46,522 nucleotides of DNA from the IMG/VR virus record IMGVR_UViG_3300020369_000005, positions 1 through 46,522 of that record; one strand, written 5' to 3'. This stretch comes from a virus (taxonomy: Duplodnaviria; Caudoviricetes). Made by a program: the position numbers and the translations under genes. A model generated the notes under the pieces. That model did not search any database, was not told the DNA's origin, and was given only the letters and a program-made list of their open reading frames with translations. This document shows, in pieces, positions 16,142 to 23,619 of the stretch (its first letter is position 1; each line of letters starts with the position of its first letter).

Positions 16142-17559
16142 GCGGCGACTTGTTTTTTAGGCAAGCTTAAGTTGGCTGTAACCAATGCAGCGGCGGCCGG
16201 TGGGCATACTGCGTTACCACAGCGGGCCACTTGATTTTGCTTGGTGTTTTTTTTGCCCTCACTGTTAAAGGCTATTTTGTAGGACGCAGGAAACCCCATG
16301 GCCGCGTACAATTCGTGCGGGTAAAGCATACGCATACCAATATCAACAATTTGGTATTTATTGCCTTTAACCATCACCACGCCGTAACGGTCTTTGGTGG
16401 TAATAGTGCCGAGTGGTTCAAGGGCGCTTTGGGCGCTTGATGTGCCAAAGTATTTAATTAAAAAGGTTTGCACCTCGCCTAAATGGTTGCCACCGGCTGA
16501 AATAGTATGTAATGGCTCGTTGGTTTTATGGCCGGTATTATCACCGCGAAACTTTATTATATGGCTGGTAACTAATGCAAAGTGACCGCCTTTAACTTGC
16601 GCGCACAATGTGCGTAATGGCTCGTTTAAGGCCATATTGCGTTGATTTGAACCGTTAGCGTGTTCGGTAATAAAAGGGGCTACATGTTCGCGCGGCACTA
16701 TAAACGGATCGGGGTTGTTGATTATCTCTTTTTCAATCCCTTTGGCGATACGTATTAAGGTTTTTTCGACTATTGGTCGCGGTCGATTAAAAATAGACTT
16801 AACTGGTATTGACCAATCAATCACATCGGCGGCCGTTTTTACTTTAATTAATCCGCGCTTAGGGTCGCCATGAGTAGGCGCGGGCCAGCTTATCGGCGCG
16901 CCATCATTACGAGCCACTATAAACAAACGTTCGCGGCTGGTTGGCACACCATAATCAGACATTTTTAAAATCTTGTGCTCAATGCAGTAACCAAGCCCTT
17001 TAAATAATTTATATTTTTCAACTAAGTTAAATTCAATGTTAAGCGCCCTAACAGCCTCAAGCCATGTAGGGTGTGAGGGTTTTAGCCCTGTTGTTAATGC
17101 TTTTATAAAGCCGTCGAACGTCTCACCTTTACGGGCAGGGCAGGGGCGCGGCTGATCGTTTATACACACCACCGGCCCCCACGATAAAAACTCGCTTACA
17201 TTTTCAAGCATAAAAACACGCACCGGCACCGACATAGCCCAGCGAACCGCCACCCAAGCAAGACCGCGTATGTCTTTACTTACTGGTGTTGCGCCTTTTG
17301 CGCGGCTAAAGTGCTTACAGTCGGGGCTAAACCACGCCAAGCCAACGGGGCGGCCAGCGCAAGCCTTAACGGGATCAACATCCCAAACAGACTCGCAATA
17401 ATGCGCTGTGCTTGGGTGGTTAACCTTGTGCATATCAATGGCGGCTGGGTCGTGGTTTATGGCTATATCAACACTTTTGCCTAACGCCATTTCAAGACCC
17501 GTACTTGCACCGCCGCCACCGGCGAAATTATCAACCACTATTTCATTATCCCTTAACAT
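16138..17559 (-). CDS. C5-cytosine DNA methyltransferase
   Basis: Motif I FAGGGG, motif IV SPDC, motif VI ENV, motif VIII R.RLF, motif X GNAV. Confidence 0.93.
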   Translation of the reverse strand: MLRDNEIVVDNFAGGGGASTGLEMALGKSVDIAINHDPAAIDMHKVNHPSTAHYCESVWDVDPVKACAGRPVGLAWFSPDCKHFSRAKGATPVSKDIRGLAWVAVRWAMSVPVRVFMLENVSEFLSWGPVVCINDQPRPCPARKGETFDGFIKALTTGLKPSHPTWLEAVRALNIEFNLVEKYKLFKGLGYCIEHKILKMSDYGVPTSRERLFIVARNDGAPISWPAPTHGDPKRGLIKVKTAADVIDWSIPVKSIFNRPRPIVEKTLIRIAKGIEKEIINNPDPFIVPREHVAPFITEHANGSNQRNMALNEPLRTLCAQVKGGHFALVTSHIIKFRGDNTGHKTNEPLHTISAGGNHLGEVQTFLIKYFGTSSAQSALEPLGTITTKDRYGVVMVKGNKYQIVDIGMRMLYPHELYAAMGFPASYKIAFNSEGKKNTKQNQVARCGNAVCPPAAAALVTANLSLPKKQVAA

Positions 17560-17575
17560 ACTTGCGCCTTATTAA

Positions 17576-17632
17576 TTACCGTGTAAAAACATTATTACTG
17601 TTAATTATTCCCGTGTAAACACATTATGTGTT
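17576..17632 (-). promoter_or_regulatory. Promoter/operator region of the C5-MTase operon
   Basis: AACACattatGTGTT 17618-17632 overlaps a TTTACA -35; 11-bp boxes at 17576-17586 and 17608-17618. Confidence 0.65.
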
Positions 17633-17671
17633 ATTTTGATAATATATAATTAAAAATAAGGCAGTAAATAA

Positions 17672-17899
17672 GTGATCAAAGACAAAAAAGCAGCGGCGGC
17701 ACTGGCACGAAAGCGCCACCACACTAAGCAAATTGGGTGTAAAAAACGTATTGACGCGTATGTAAACCCCGAAACAAAAGCAGGGCTGGCGGCCCTTAAG
17801 GCCCATTTGGGTGAGATTAAAAACGAGGGGCAAGCAATCGATCACGCGGTGGCGCTTGCACTTAAAAGCCTTGATGAAAGCCAAAAAAGCACCGTGTAA
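17672..17899 (+). CDS. Small RHH-like DNA-binding protein
   Basis: KKRIDAYVNPETKAGLAALK...NEGQAIDHAV strand-helix-helix pattern. Confidence 0.55.
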   Translation: MIKDKKAAAALARKRHHTKQIGCKKRIDAYVNPETKAGLAALKAHLGEIKNEGQAIDHAVALALKSLDESQKSTV

Positions 17900-18017
17900 A
17901 TATTAAATCAATATTTATTAAATATTAATTAAATATCCCTGCATATATGCGGGGTTTATATTACGTAAAATTAGGGTATTATTTTTAAGCAATCAGCCTC
18001 AATATAAAGGAACAGGT

Positions 18018-18383
18018 ATGTTTAAGAATAGTATTTTAATGGCGTTATTGGCTTTGCTTTTGGTGGCATGTGCTAAAAGCGATTATTCGGTAGGTAATGA
18101 CTTTTCAAGTGAGCAAGTTAACAATATTGTAAAAGGTGAAACAACCACCGAACAATTAGTAAGTTGGTTTGGGCAGCCTTACTCAAAAATAGTAATAAGC
18201 GAAAATGAAACAAAATGGATGTATGTTCACACCAAGGGTGAAGCTAAAATGCAGTCGTATTTAGTGACAGCTAAATATACGTCGAGTGGCACACAAAAAA
18301 CGTTAGATATACTGGTAAAAAATAACATTGTTGTAAACTATACATTTACCAGCGGGCCAATACCTGGCATTAACGTTAATTAA
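18018..18383 (+). CDS. Lipoprotein with SmpA/BamE-like domain (moron)
   Basis: Lipobox LVAC; I.KG.TT.EQL...FGQP...W.Y motif; own AAGGA RBS and terminator. Confidence 0.8.
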   Translation: MFKNSILMALLALLLVACAKSDYSVGNDFSSEQVNNIVKGETTTEQLVSWFGQPYSKIVISENETKWMYVHTKGEAKMQSYLVTAKYTSSGTQKTLDILVKNNIVVNYTFTSGPIPGINVN

Positions 18384-18398
18384 ATTAATTAATAAAAC

Positions 18399-18428
18399 AA
18401 AAACCCCGCACTTAAGCGGGGTTTTTTA
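18399..18428. terminator. Bidirectional intrinsic terminator
   Basis: AAAAACCCCGC-ACTTAA-GCGGGGTTTTTT. Confidence 0.85.
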
Positions 18429-18433
18429 TTACC

Positions 18434-19249
18434 TTAAATATGGCGGCTAGGTTCGGTTAGCGCCGTGATCTGTTTAAACATCATATTGTATTGCTGCAAT
18501 AAACCCAATAGGCCGTCTAGGTCTTTAGCGGCGGTACGCACATTATTAACCAGCACCGGTTTATTTTGTTGCTCGGCCTGCATAAGTTGGTTAAGTAACG
18601 CGGCCATTGGGGTTGGCAATAAGGTATCGCCATAATTAAACGCGCTTACTTGCGTTGATTTTATTATGCCCGATTTAGGTAAATCAATAATTACCGCATC
18701 GTATTGCGGGGCAGCTAACTTAAACTGATCAACAATCGCTAACGCCTGGTTAAATAAGTGGGCGGGTATTTGCTCGTACTTGGTCACGTTAAAGTGGCTT
18801 TTTAATTTATTGTATAGCGTGTTGTATAAACTTTGGTGCAGTTCGCGCGGTTGGCTGTTTACCAGTGTGCTAATTTTGGTTTGTATTTGGCGTTGTTGGC
18901 CGTGAGTTAATGTACCGTATTGTAATTCGCTTAACTTATCGGCCATGGCATTAAATGCGTTTATGTATGCCTCTTTTATCTGCGCCGCTTTTTTTCCAGT
19001 AAAGCCCATAACCAAAAACATAAAGCCGTCTTTACTCATTTCATAAGTATCATACACGTTGCCACGGTGGTTATATTTAACCGCGCAAAAGTTCGCGGTT
19101 AAAAAACTGGCTGAGCATTCAAGTAAATTTATTTTTTTTATAATGTCTCGGTGACGTTTAGAAAAAGCCTCGGCGACTTTAAATGTGTTAGTTACTAGCT
19201 TTGTTTCTGTTGATGTAATTGCATTGATTGGTAGTGTTTGAATAGTCAT
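18434..19249 (-). CDS. rha: Rha family phage regulatory / antirepressor-like protein
   Basis: T.T..VAEAF.KRH.DI...I...NF...Y.MSKDGF.FLVMGFTGKKAAQ.KEAYI.AFN.M, followed by an ORF6C/antirepressor-C-like region. Confidence 0.9.
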   Translation of the reverse strand: MTIQTLPINAITSTETKLVTNTFKVAEAFSKRHRDIIKKINLLECSASFLTANFCAVKYNHRGNVYDTYEMSKDGFMFLVMGFTGKKAAQIKEAYINAFNAMADKLSELQYGTLTHGQQRQIQTKISTLVNSQPRELHQSLYNTLYNKLKSHFNVTKYEQIPAHLFNQALAIVDQFKLAAPQYDAVIIDLPKSGIIKSTQVSAFNYGDTLLPTPMAALLNQLMQAEQQNKPVLVNNVRTAAKDLDGLLGLLQQYNMMFKQITALTEPSRHI

Positions 19250-19264
19250 ACTTTTACCTTTTTC

Positions 19265-19381
19265 TTAAATGTTATTTAAGCCACGCAAAAGTCTCAGTTT
19301 GGGTGGCAAGCTAAAACGAGGTTGAGACTGTCGCGATAAAGGTAAAACGACCCACCGAAGTGGCCCCGCCCAGCTTGCCAT
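19265..19381 (-). other. C4 target (a1b1) element with overlapping Ash/Icd-like mini-ORF
   Basis: MASWAGPLRWVVLPLSRQSQPRFSLPP...; stem TGGCAAGCT...AGCTTGCCA; contains ACCTTTATC and GTCTCAA, complementary to the C4 RNA. Confidence 0.75.
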
Positions 19382-19405
19382 AATATATGGAAGTGCTAAA
19401 CAGTA

Positions 19406-19491
19406 GGCATTAAAAAACCAGCGTATAAGCTGGTGACAATGCCACCTTTATCATGCGGGGTCTCAATCCCGACACTGGATTTTGCCAGTGC
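19406..19491 (-). ncRNA. C4-type antisense RNA (P1/P7 c4 and P4 CI RNA class)
   Basis: GCACTGGCAAAATCCAGTGTCGGGATTGAGACCCCG...GATAAAGGT...CCAGC hairpin-T tract is the characteristic GCAAAATC/GTCGGGATTG architecture. TTGACA, 18 bp, TATATT promoter at 19527-19498. Confidence 0.8.
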
Positions 19492-19537
19492 CTTTTTAAT
19501 ATATCGCTGAAAAAGGGTAATTGTCAATATGGATTTA

Positions 19538-19762
19538 TTAAAAGCTTTCTGGTTGTGCCACAGCTCTAACAGCAGCCATGATCCCTTGCTGTAAATGTGT
19601 TTCTGCTATTGATACCCATCGCTGATCTATTTCTTTACGGCTTCGCATTGCTGAAATAACATTTTTCAACCTTTCCCCTTCGGCTTTTATGTCATTCATA
19701 TCGTTAATTTGTTGTTGGCTTAAGTCTCTGTAGCCCGCTATTTTTTTGTGTTGATTTTCCAT
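19538..19762 (-). CDS. acb2: Acb2-like anti-CBASS cyclic-oligonucleotide sponge
   Basis: MENQHKKIAGYRDLSQQQINDMN.IK...RW..IA.T.LQ.G.MA..RA.AQP.SF closely matches the recalled Acb2 signature (NQHKKIxGYRDL...RAIAQPxSF). Confidence 0.88.
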   Translation of the reverse strand: MENQHKKIAGYRDLSQQQINDMNDIKAEGERLKNVISAMRSRKEIDQRWVSIAETHLQQGIMAAVRAVAQPESF

Positions 19763-19802
19763 CTTAGTCACTCACTATAATTTATATTTTTAAAGCCAGT
19801 GA

Positions 19803-19844
19803 AGTATAGATGGTTATTTTTACCGTGTAAACACGATTCGTGTT
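19803..19844 (-). promoter_or_regulatory. Repressor-controlled promoter for acb2-c4-rha
   Basis: TTTACA, 17 bp, TATACT. Operator AACACgattcGTGTT 19830-19844 and 11-bp box 19820-19830 both overlap the -35. Confidence 0.7.
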
Positions 19845-20016
19845 ATAAACACAAAATAGATATTTATTTAATACTAAAAAGATATTTAATGAATATTAAA
19901 TATAACAAACTCAAGTTACACCCGTTATTAACAGGGTATTTATAAGTATTTATATATTTATTATTTTATATTTATAGGCGCTCTACAGGCCATATATAAC
20001 GCAGGCTGTAGCGCCT

Positions 20017-20126
20017 CACTATGGCTTTTAGACTAACTCACTATGGCTTTTAGACTAACTCATTATGGCTTTTAGGCTAACTTACTATGGCTTTTAGGCT
20101 AACTTACTATGGCTTTTAGGCTAACT
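20017..20126 (+). repeat. Origin iterons: five tandem 22-bp repeats
   Basis: YAYTATGGCTTTTAGRCTAACT at 20017, 20039, 20061, 20083 and 20105; AT-rich tract at about 19935-19977 upstream; rep gene downstream. Confidence 0.93.
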
Positions 20127-20189
20127 CGTTTTTACTTTACTCACAGGGGGTTTATTTGTATTGTGGCTTAAAATAAAAAGGCCATAGCA

Positions 20190-20900
20190 ATGACTAAAAT
20201 TAAAACAAAAAAAGATAATAATCAGCTTATTGTACAATCTAACGAAGTAACCGAGGCCGCCTATCACTTATCAATAAAAGGTAAGCGCGTTTTATGGCTG
20301 TGCTTGGCGCAAGCATACCAAAGCGATAGCGCAAAAGAGGGCGTGTTTTTTATTAGTGTACACGATTATCAGCATTATTTTGAAGTGGGCAAGGTTACGG
20401 CGTCAAAAGACGTTAAATTAGGCGTAGACGAGCTGCTGCGCAACTATGTCTCTTTTTACCCTACTACGGGGGATTATGAGGAAATATCGCGCCCTTGGCT
20501 CTTGGAGCAAGCCCGCAAAGTTGAAAGGGGCGTGTTTAAGATTGAGTTTAACCCCCGTTTAGTGCCTTATGTAACGGGCCTATCTGAAAAGTTTACGCAA
20601 TTTTATTTGCAGCACTGCGGCAAATTAAATAACTCGCGCACCATTAGACTTTATGAAAGCTTATGCCAATGGCGTAACACTGGCGTTTGGCGTGTTGATA
20701 TTGCTTGGCTTATAGAACGTTACGATCTGCCAGCAACGCAAGCGGCCAATTATGCCGAGCTTAAGCGTAAATTTTTAATACCGGCCGTCGCGCGGATCAA
20801 TGATAAAACCCCGATTAATGTGACATTTAAAGAAATTACAGGGGGTGGTAATAAAGTAACCGCTATATTATTTAACATGACAGATAGCGCAGCAAATTAA
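20190..20900 (+). CDS. repB: Plasmid replication initiator, Rep_3 (RepB/RepE-like) family
   Basis: IVQSNE..EA.Y.LS, F.P.L.PY...L...FT, TIRLYESLCQWR, Y.ELKR.FL.PAV..IN motifs; flanked by iterons. Confidence 0.92.
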   Translation: MTKIKTKKDNNQLIVQSNEVTEAAYHLSIKGKRVLWLCLAQAYQSDSAKEGVFFISVHDYQHYFEVGKVTASKDVKLGVDELLRNYVSFYPTTGDYEEISRPWLLEQARKVERGVFKIEFNPRLVPYVTGLSEKFTQFYLQHCGKLNNSRTIRLYESLCQWRNTGVWRVDIAWLIERYDLPATQAANYAELKRKFLIPAVARINDKTPINVTFKEITGGGNKVTAILFNMTDSAAN

Positions 20901-20901
20901 G

Positions 20902-21195
20902 CGCTATGGCTTTTAGACTAACTTAATATGCTTTCCCGTTCACACTACACCAACAAAACACCAAACTATGGCTTTTAGGCTAACTTGAGGCATTAACTTA
21001 ATATAGGCCCATAGTTTAACCGGCCAAACTGTTACGGCCCGCTGTTTCACTACCCAATAGAGTGCGTAAACGGGAATATTTCCCGTTCACACTACACCAA
21101 TACAAATAAACACTATGGCTTTTAGGCTAACTTAAGGTGTTTTCCCGTTCGCACTACACCCAATATAACTGCGTACTATGGCTTTTAGACTAACT
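20902..21195 (+). repeat. Copy-control/incompatibility iterons downstream of rep, interleaved with a second ~20-bp repeat
   Basis: Iteron copies at about 20902, 20964, 21111 and 21174; TTTCCCGTTCRCACTACACC at about 20932, 21079 and 21141. Confidence 0.85.
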
Positions 21196-21854
21196 TAATT
21201 TGTTTATTTACTGTTTTGTGACCTGTCACGCTTTTACTAAGTATCGGACTTTGGGCCGCACTGGGTGTTGTTTAGCAGAGTAGTTAAGGTTTATGCACTC
21301 AATGCGCTTGCGCATGATAAACCCAGCCCATGCGTTTGATAGCCACTTAAGGTGGTGGGCGTATAAAGCCCATTAAGGCACAAAATTTGATTGCCCCCTT
21401 GATAAACCAAAAAAGAGCACTGTTGTTAGGGCTGTGGGGTTGTTTATTTGCAATGAGGTGATAAGGCAGGGCAACTAAGCCCCCGTAACGCAGTTACGAA
21501 GTGGGGCGCATCATTCATTCTTTATTATACCGCCATGAGCTTTAGCTCATCGAGGCGGATTGCCTTATACACAGCTTGCTGTGCGTATAAGTTATTTAGC
21601 TGTTATTAAAGGTAAGATAATTTTGCACTTTAAAGTGAGCAAATAGCACATGTAACCAAATTAGCCTTGCACTTTATATGTATAAGTAAGGTTTGGGCCT
21701 TTAAATGGGAATAAGGTGGCACCTAAATTGGCGGGTGTGGTTGGGTTTTGTGGAGCTGGCTTATCAAAACAGCCAAGGGTAGGGCTAAATTTAAACGTAA
21801 GGCACGCAAAAAGCCACGCTTATGCATGGTGGTATTTGGTTGTTAAGTGGCTGG

Positions 21855-22793
21855 TTAGTGCGGTGGGGCGCTGGGCTCGTACTGCGCAATGGCGCGTAAT
21901 TGGGCGAGCTCTTGATTTACTAGGCCTTTAAAAACGTCAAGACTCATTAAGCTGGCGGCGGCACCTAAGCGGCTTAATACACGCTGCTGTGCAATGTGGC
22001 GTTGTTGTTCGGGGGTTTTGGGATTAATGGCGCGTTTAACTTTTGTTATAGCGCGTTTTTCTTTTATGCGATCAAACACTTTGCGGTAATGCGCCAGGCG
22101 TTGGCGTTCTTTAATTTCGGCCACGCTCATAACGCCTAGCTGCTCGGGCGTTAATCCGTTTTTTATGCCTTGTTTGCGTAAGTATTTTAAACGTGCATCA
22201 CGTTGGCGGGCTACGCGTTCTTGGGTAATACCCAGTGCTTTAAAAAATAGCTCGGTTACTTCAAAGTATTTATCAACCCATTGGCCCGCGTGTTTATCCC
22301 ACACTTGCCACTCTTTATGGGCCACGATCCACCCGAGATCGACCATATCTTTAAACGCACGGCTCGCGCGGCTAATACTCGGTTTAGGGGCGTAGCTTTT
22401 ATCAAGCTTGGCTTTGTTAAGCTCGGTTTGGCTTATGGTGCTTAGCCCGCAAACATCGGCGGCATTACGCAGGCTTATTTGTACTTGGTGAGTAACTACG
22501 TTTACATGCTCACAAAATACGGTTGCCAATGCGCGCATGGCTTTTTCGCGGTCGGGGTAATACACTTTTTTGCGGTTAGTGGTGGGGCGCATATAAACGG
22601 CGGCGTCTGATTTAACGATGTTTATTTTTTGCGACTTTTCGACCAAGTCGCGCACAAACGCTAAACGCTTGGTGTGGGTTTTGGGTACGGTATAGGCAGG
22701 GTTCGCGTTTTTAACGCGGTTGCAATGGGTTAATGATGTGTTGTTATTATCTGTTTGCATTTGGGTCACTTGTTTTTTATACGCTTTGGGCAT
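21855..22793 (-). CDS. repA: Second replication initiator, IncFII RepA-like
   Basis: NPAY..P, R..A..AL...F..H.N..T..V, A...GLST, SISRASRA...M...G, WD...G.W..K...VT.LFF..LG motifs. Confidence 0.78.
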   Translation of the reverse strand: MPKAYKKQVTQMQTDNNNTSLTHCNRVKNANPAYTVPKTHTKRLAFVRDLVEKSQKINIVKSDAAVYMRPTTNRKKVYYPDREKAMRALATVFCEHVNVVTHQVQISLRNAADVCGLSTISQTELNKAKLDKSYAPKPSISRASRAFKDMVDLGWIVAHKEWQVWDKHAGQWVDKYFEVTELFFKALGITQERVARQRDARLKYLRKQGIKNGLTPEQLGVMSVAEIKERQRLAHYRKVFDRIKEKRAITKVKRAINPKTPEQQRHIAQQRVLSRLGAAASLMSLDVFKGLVNQELAQLRAIAQYEPSAPPH

Positions 22794-22837
22794 AAAATAA
22801 AAGCTCGTTTAAGCTCTTACTTGTGTGCTTAAGCGCA

Positions 22838-22945
22838 AAACGGGCGCGGTGCGAGCGCCCGTTTTACCTTTCCTTTCAGCAATGCTTATACAAACACGCC
22901 AATCAATTATTAAGTCTAATATAACACGTTTTGTGTTATCCTCAA
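22838..22945 (-). promoter_or_regulatory. repA promoter with operator, and leader terminator-like hairpin
   Basis: TTGAGG, 16 bp, TATATT with AACACgttttGTGTT (22923-22937) in the spacer; hairpin AAAACGGGCGC...GCGCCCGTTTT at about 22838-22865. Confidence 0.6.
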
Positions 22946-22992
22946 GTTAAAGATCACGCGCACTGTTTAATTGCTGTTTTTTTAACCTTTTG

Positions 22993-23619
22993 CTACATCG
23001 CCCATATTTGAGCTTGTTTTGTTCCGGCCAAACGCAGCGCTAAAGCAAATTGTGCTTTAGTAACTATCACTTGCTCATTATTCGCCAGTACCCACCCGAT
23101 AGACTCACCCTCTGACATTGTAAATGCGGCTCGGGCCATTCTACCTTGGCTTATTTCGTCACCATCAAATACCATGCCGTCTACTTCTACGGTCAAGGTG
23201 TCTAATAGCTTTTGACGATTTAATTTAAAAATGGTGCGGGCGTAAGGGGCGAGTACGTCCTCAACGGTTTTTACGGCTGGCTGCTCTGGCTCTGTTGGTA
23301 ATGGCTTAGGTTCCGCCTCAATCAATGTCCCATCTTCGTGAGCCACGGGTTCAGGTAGGTTTGCGTTGTATTGCTCAACTTCCAGCTTAGCCACCAAGTA
23401 ATCGTAATAGCTTTGCGCCCAATCCCACTGTTCGCCCAAGCTCGTTAACTCAGCAAATTTATTAATCACCTCTACCGGCTTATTGAGCGCAATTAAGCGC
23501 TCAATATCCTGTGTGGTTTTAGTTGCTGGGCGTGGCCTTAGCTGTGGCAAACCTTGCTCGTTTAAAACGGGCTCGTTATTTTCGTCAAGGACGATAAAGT
23601 TTAAAATTTTACTTGGCAT
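22993..23619 (-). CDS. Tail fibre assembly/accessory protein (DUF4376-like C-terminus)
   Basis: LTVEVDGMVFDGDE.SQ.RM....W.LA.N; located directly after the fibre gene. Confidence 0.7.
   Translation of the reverse strand: MPSKILNFIVLDENNEPVLNEQGLPQLRPRPATKTTQDIERLIALNKPVEVINKFAELTSLGEQWDWAQSYYDYLVAKLEVEQYNANLPEPVAHEDGTLIEAEPKPLPTEPEQPAVKTVEDVLAPYARTIFKLNRQKLLDTLTVEVDGMVFDGDEISQGRMARAAFTMSEGESIGWVLANNEQVIVTKAQFALALRLAGTKQAQIWAM

Noticed and set aside
20017-21195. Repeat arrays as CRISPR
   Set aside because: The upstream copies have no spacers, the downstream spacers are themselves repetitive and irregular, the arrays flank a Rep_3 gene, and no cas genes are present. They are iterons.
21716-21931. 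71-aa ORF overlapping the repA end
   Set aside because: No recognisable motif, antisense overlap with repA, and located in a probable origin region.
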